Assembly (NCBI GenBank): GCA_040954595.2
Contig: CM082586.2
Location: 8,029,337-8,093,336 of the forward strand
Length of the DNA stretch: 64,000 nt
Origin: Balanoglossus misakiensis
Taxonomy: Eukaryota > Animalia > Hemichordata
Reading direction: 5' to 3'
The position numbers were made by a program, and so were the translations under genes. Positions 60,899 to 64,000 of this stretch are shown in pieces. Numbering within the stretch: position 1 is the stretch's first letter; the number at the start of each line of letters is the position of its first letter. A model generated the notes under the pieces. That model was not told the origin of the DNA. It saw only the letters and a list, made by a program, of their open reading frames with translations, and did no database searches.

Positions 60899-62881
60899 AG
60901 CCCCATTGTATTAAGAAAATTTGAAGGTAAGTCTTTCTCGGACACACACTATAGGCCAATGTGCGGGTGGAGATATGAATGATATCTGGCAATGACCCAA
61001 AGGTCATGGCCAGAAATCCCAGCACAAATATATAAAGCACGGTCACTGACCGTCCCAATGAGTATTGACTCCAAGGGTAATCCATCACCGGTTCATTTCA
61101 TTAGAATGAACACAGAAGAGAGAATGCACACGTGCGATTCATAAACAATGGTGCACGACAGTGGTCTGATCGCCGGGTTTGATCTCCTAGGCCGGTCTCT
61201 TGGGTACAGACAATCTGCAGTATCTGAAGCTGTCATAGTTTTGCAGTTAAATGTTTCACTTTTATCAATAAACAGCGGAGAGACATTGTTAGGATAATAT
61301 CTATAATCGAAACCCACTGACATGCAGTATGTCCAGTCTATTACCGATGTGCATTTTGAACGGTTGTGCGCACGGTCTGTGCTTATACTTTAGGCTGCAT
61401 TCACAAACATATTTTCAAATCCCCCCCTTCCGAACTGCCAAAAGTTTGAAATCCCCCCCCCCCATTTTCTTTCACAGAGCAAAACACATCACCTATCTTG
61501 TAAAAAAAGAAAAACAGCGCTCCCATGAAAAGAATTTGAAACTTATGTACCCCCTCACTGAACATTGTTTTTATTTTTTAAGTATTTGTATTCTGTGTTG
61601 GAAGACATTGTAAAACGAGGATTGAAGGGGGTGGGTTTGGGAGGGGGTGTCCCCCTCCCACGTAAGAAAATTTTATAAAATACAGAGCTCAAAGCTGCAT
61701 TTTAATGAACCCGGCAAAAGCAAATTAACTCAACTACCGGTATGTTGGGGAGGACAAATTTAACCGTCGCCGTTCAAAGTTATCATGGGGTGGGGGCAAG
61801 TCCCCTGACCTGGGACACTAGATAAACCAGTCAATGATTGAAAGGTGTTGGTGAATGGAGGGGTGGGTGTGAAAATTAGAAAATTTTGTAAAATAAAGGG
61901 CGCGAAACTGCATTTTTGTGGACTCAAAATAAATATTCAGTCGTCAAAGTTTTCAAGTCCCCCCTTTCAGTCCCTAAATTATTTCAAATCCCCCCTTACA
62001 TACCCTCAATTTTTTCAAATCCCCCCCCTCAATTCTCCTGCCCCCCCCCCTCCAGAGGTGTTTGTGAATGCAGCCTTAGTCCTATGGATTGGGAACCGTC
62101 CGTCAGTCCGTCTGGAGTCATTAAACAGATATTCCAGAACCGATTTCATTCCAACTTAATGCAATGAAAACGTACTGAGATGCACACATGCACGTCAATT
62201 GACTTCGCGATGCGACAAAAAATGACTGTCAGACAGCCTTTATGGTTTGATTGTATTTCATGTCTGGAACCGTTGGGCCCTACGCAGATGTGCCTGAACA
62301 CATTCCATTCCGACTATGGAAAAGAAGTGTTCTATCATAATAATGAATAGACATTTGAAACACTGTTGGCAGACATTCACGCACTGATCCTTTTCCACTT
62401 TGAGGAGTTCTCTCTACCCATTGATCAGTGGGGACTAGGCCATTGACAATGACTTGTTACGTCGTGAGTGGGCGGCGCTCGTCACACAGGCACGTCAGCG
62501 CGATTACATAACCGAAAACGTCGCAGATGTCACGCTTGTAATTTCTATCTGCATATTTATTGATAAAAATGTAATTTCAACGGCAAAACCAAGAACAACG
62601 TAGTAATTTTCAGAGCTTCTGCGCTCCAGGGCTTTACGTATATGCGCTTCCGCTTACCGTAAGTCTGACTTCGGCCGCAGTTGCTCTGTGACAGAGGGGT
62701 TGTGCTCTGGCCAATCATCTTTTCTTGGGTCAACAACTTCGTTATCCTCGTCAATAATACTTATCCAGTCAACATCGTTCAAACGACTTCTGCTCGTATC
62801 GTTGAGAGGGGTTCGTAAACATGGAGTGCAACATGGGATTGTGATGACAGCCACTGTAACGTATACAATTATTGAGCGCAT
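53962..62881 (-). CDS. HPSE: Heparanase / hyaluronoglucuronidase-like glycoside hydrolase family 79 endo-beta-glucuronidase, 10 exons, about 583 aa
   Basis: Exons 62881-62658 (signal peptide; linked by phase match only, less certain), 60466-60275, 59759-59614, 59294-59121, 58182-57990, 57199-56951, 56483-56372, 55563-55412, 55003-54854, 54121-53962 (1752 nt). Motifs: [32 protein letters not shown] (acid/base Glu), [18 protein letters not shown] (nucleophile Glu), [19 protein letters not shown]. Confidence 0.92.
55740..55891. mobile_element. Fold-back (palindromic) insertion in a heparanase intron
   Basis: About 150-bp inverted repeat with a perfect inner arm CACACCTTTTACCGACCAAGGGCGCCCATGTAC-C-run / G-run. 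Confidence 0.75.
59011..59088 (+). repeat. (CTGTA)n pentanucleotide microsatellite
   Basis: About 15 perfect units in a heparanase intron. Confidence 0.97.
61393..62075. mobile_element. PIF/Harbinger-type MITE (TTA TSD)
   Basis: TTA-GGCTGCATTCACAAACA ... TGTTTGTGAATGCAGCC-TTA with subterminal AAATCCCCCC repeats. Confidence 0.88.
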
Positions 62882-62976
62882 ACTTCCACTTCGTCCTGTG
62901 AACGAGCGCCGCGTGACCTGCAGAAGTTTGGCCTTTGGGTGCGGTTCAAGGTTTAGACTTGAATAGCGCCCCCAAG

Positions 62977-62986
62977 ATTTTATATA
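62977..62986 (-). promoter_or_regulatory. Candidate TATA box of the heparanase-like gene
   Basis: Minus strand TATATAAAA about 100 nt upstream of ATG 62881. Confidence 0.45.
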
Positions 62987-63579
62987 TTATCTCGATGGTC
63001 GCCTGAGCTTTTCGCGACAGGAAATTTTCGCGATATCAAAAAGCGGCAACTGTTACTCCACGATTAATTTCCGCGTTCTCGTATTTCACTGCATCGTTAT
63101 CTCCGAAAAACATTTTTTGCGGTTTTTGGACTCTCTCGTAGTTCACGAAAATTTATCGTTCGCGAAAATTTCCCGTTTTACAGTATTTTGCTACGGCCAT
63201 CTGATCCCCAGTCTACTTGGGGAATTGTGAAAACATAATATGTTATTATATCCGCAGTTGCTGAAGTCTATTAATATGCAAATTAGCAGTCCATTGACAT
63301 GATGTGATATGGGGATCAAAAATTGGTCCAGGAGTTCTGGGCATATGTCACTGTATCAATAGTGCTTTACATTCAAAACATAACTAATAGTAAAATTTCA
63401 AGCCTCGATCGCCATTATTATTCTACCATACACAAAGCAAAGGTGTTCTCTTTGTTTGTGATTTAATCAGTTCTTTGCCTTTAAAGCTGAAGTTAAATAC
63501 TTGGCAATCTGATCGTTTGTTCCTCGGTTATCGAAGGGACAGATATTCGGACGGGCATAGTACAGTGTAGTACCTTAGT

Positions 63580-63729
63580 TTGTGTGAGTGTGTTTGTGTG
63601 TGTGTGCGTGAGAGAGGGGGAGAGATGGGGGAGAGAGGAGAGTGGCTAGTGGCAGAGGGGGGAGCGAGAGAGATAGTGGGAGTGAGAGATAGAGTGGTAG
63701 AGAGAGGGGAGAGGGGAGGGAGGGAGGAG

Positions 63730-63762
<33 letters not shown>

Positions 63763-63795
63763 GAGAGTGAGAGAGAGAGACGCAGCCACAGACAG
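63580..63795 (+). repeat. (GT)n and GA-rich low-complexity tract
   Basis: Direct reading. Confidence 0.85.
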
Positions 63796-64000
63796 TGGGT
63801 ATGAAAGGTTACATGGCGCGCAGAGGAAATTCATTAGGATCTCAGTCATACCACACAGTAAATGTCAGATTTCGCTGCCCGTAGGTAATTAAAAGGATCA
63901 ACGCAGCGAGGTCGCAAATTGCGTCAAAATGACCAAGTTGAAGTTGATTAAAAAGAAAACCTGGAATTGGTGTCGACGACGTCTGTCTACATTAATACGT

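Noticed and set aside
60897-61088. Minus-strand ORF with a hydrophobic segment as an alternative heparanase first exon
   Set aside because: No convincing phase-2 donor; exon 62881-62658 has a signal peptide, a good donor and an upstream TATA.

Overview
AT-rich, intron-rich animal genomic DNA, probably a marine invertebrate (inferred from gene content and repeat types, not established). It is not prokaryotic. By reading splice sites by hand I reconstructed six genes: the first coding exon of an FBXO16-like gene (-); a complete 6-exon RPL7 (-, 244 aa) with a TCT/5'TOP start; two tandem 4-exon SDR16C (RDH10/SDR16C5-like) genes (+) head-to-head with RPL7, the first an intact ORF lacking its catalytic YxxxK and NAD-binding motifs; a 36-kb ATP-dependent 6-phosphofructokinase gene (+); and a 10-exon GH79 heparanase/hyaluronoglucuronidase-like gene (-). 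Introns contain many MITEs (TA, TTA, TTAA and 9-bp TSD classes). The main observation is in PFK. Its C-terminal regulatory half has three pairs of duplicated, equal-length, same-phase exons (71/71, 62/62, 103/103 nt) that look mutually exclusive. Each intron between the pair members contains nested imperfect inverted repeats that could zip it into a long RNA duplex. Exon 20A also has a ~575-nt AG-free zone filled with a YCAY array. Together these suggest a structure- and RBP-controlled cassette system producing up to 8 allosteric PFK isozymes from one gene. All coordinates and pairings were read by eye and need computational confirmation.
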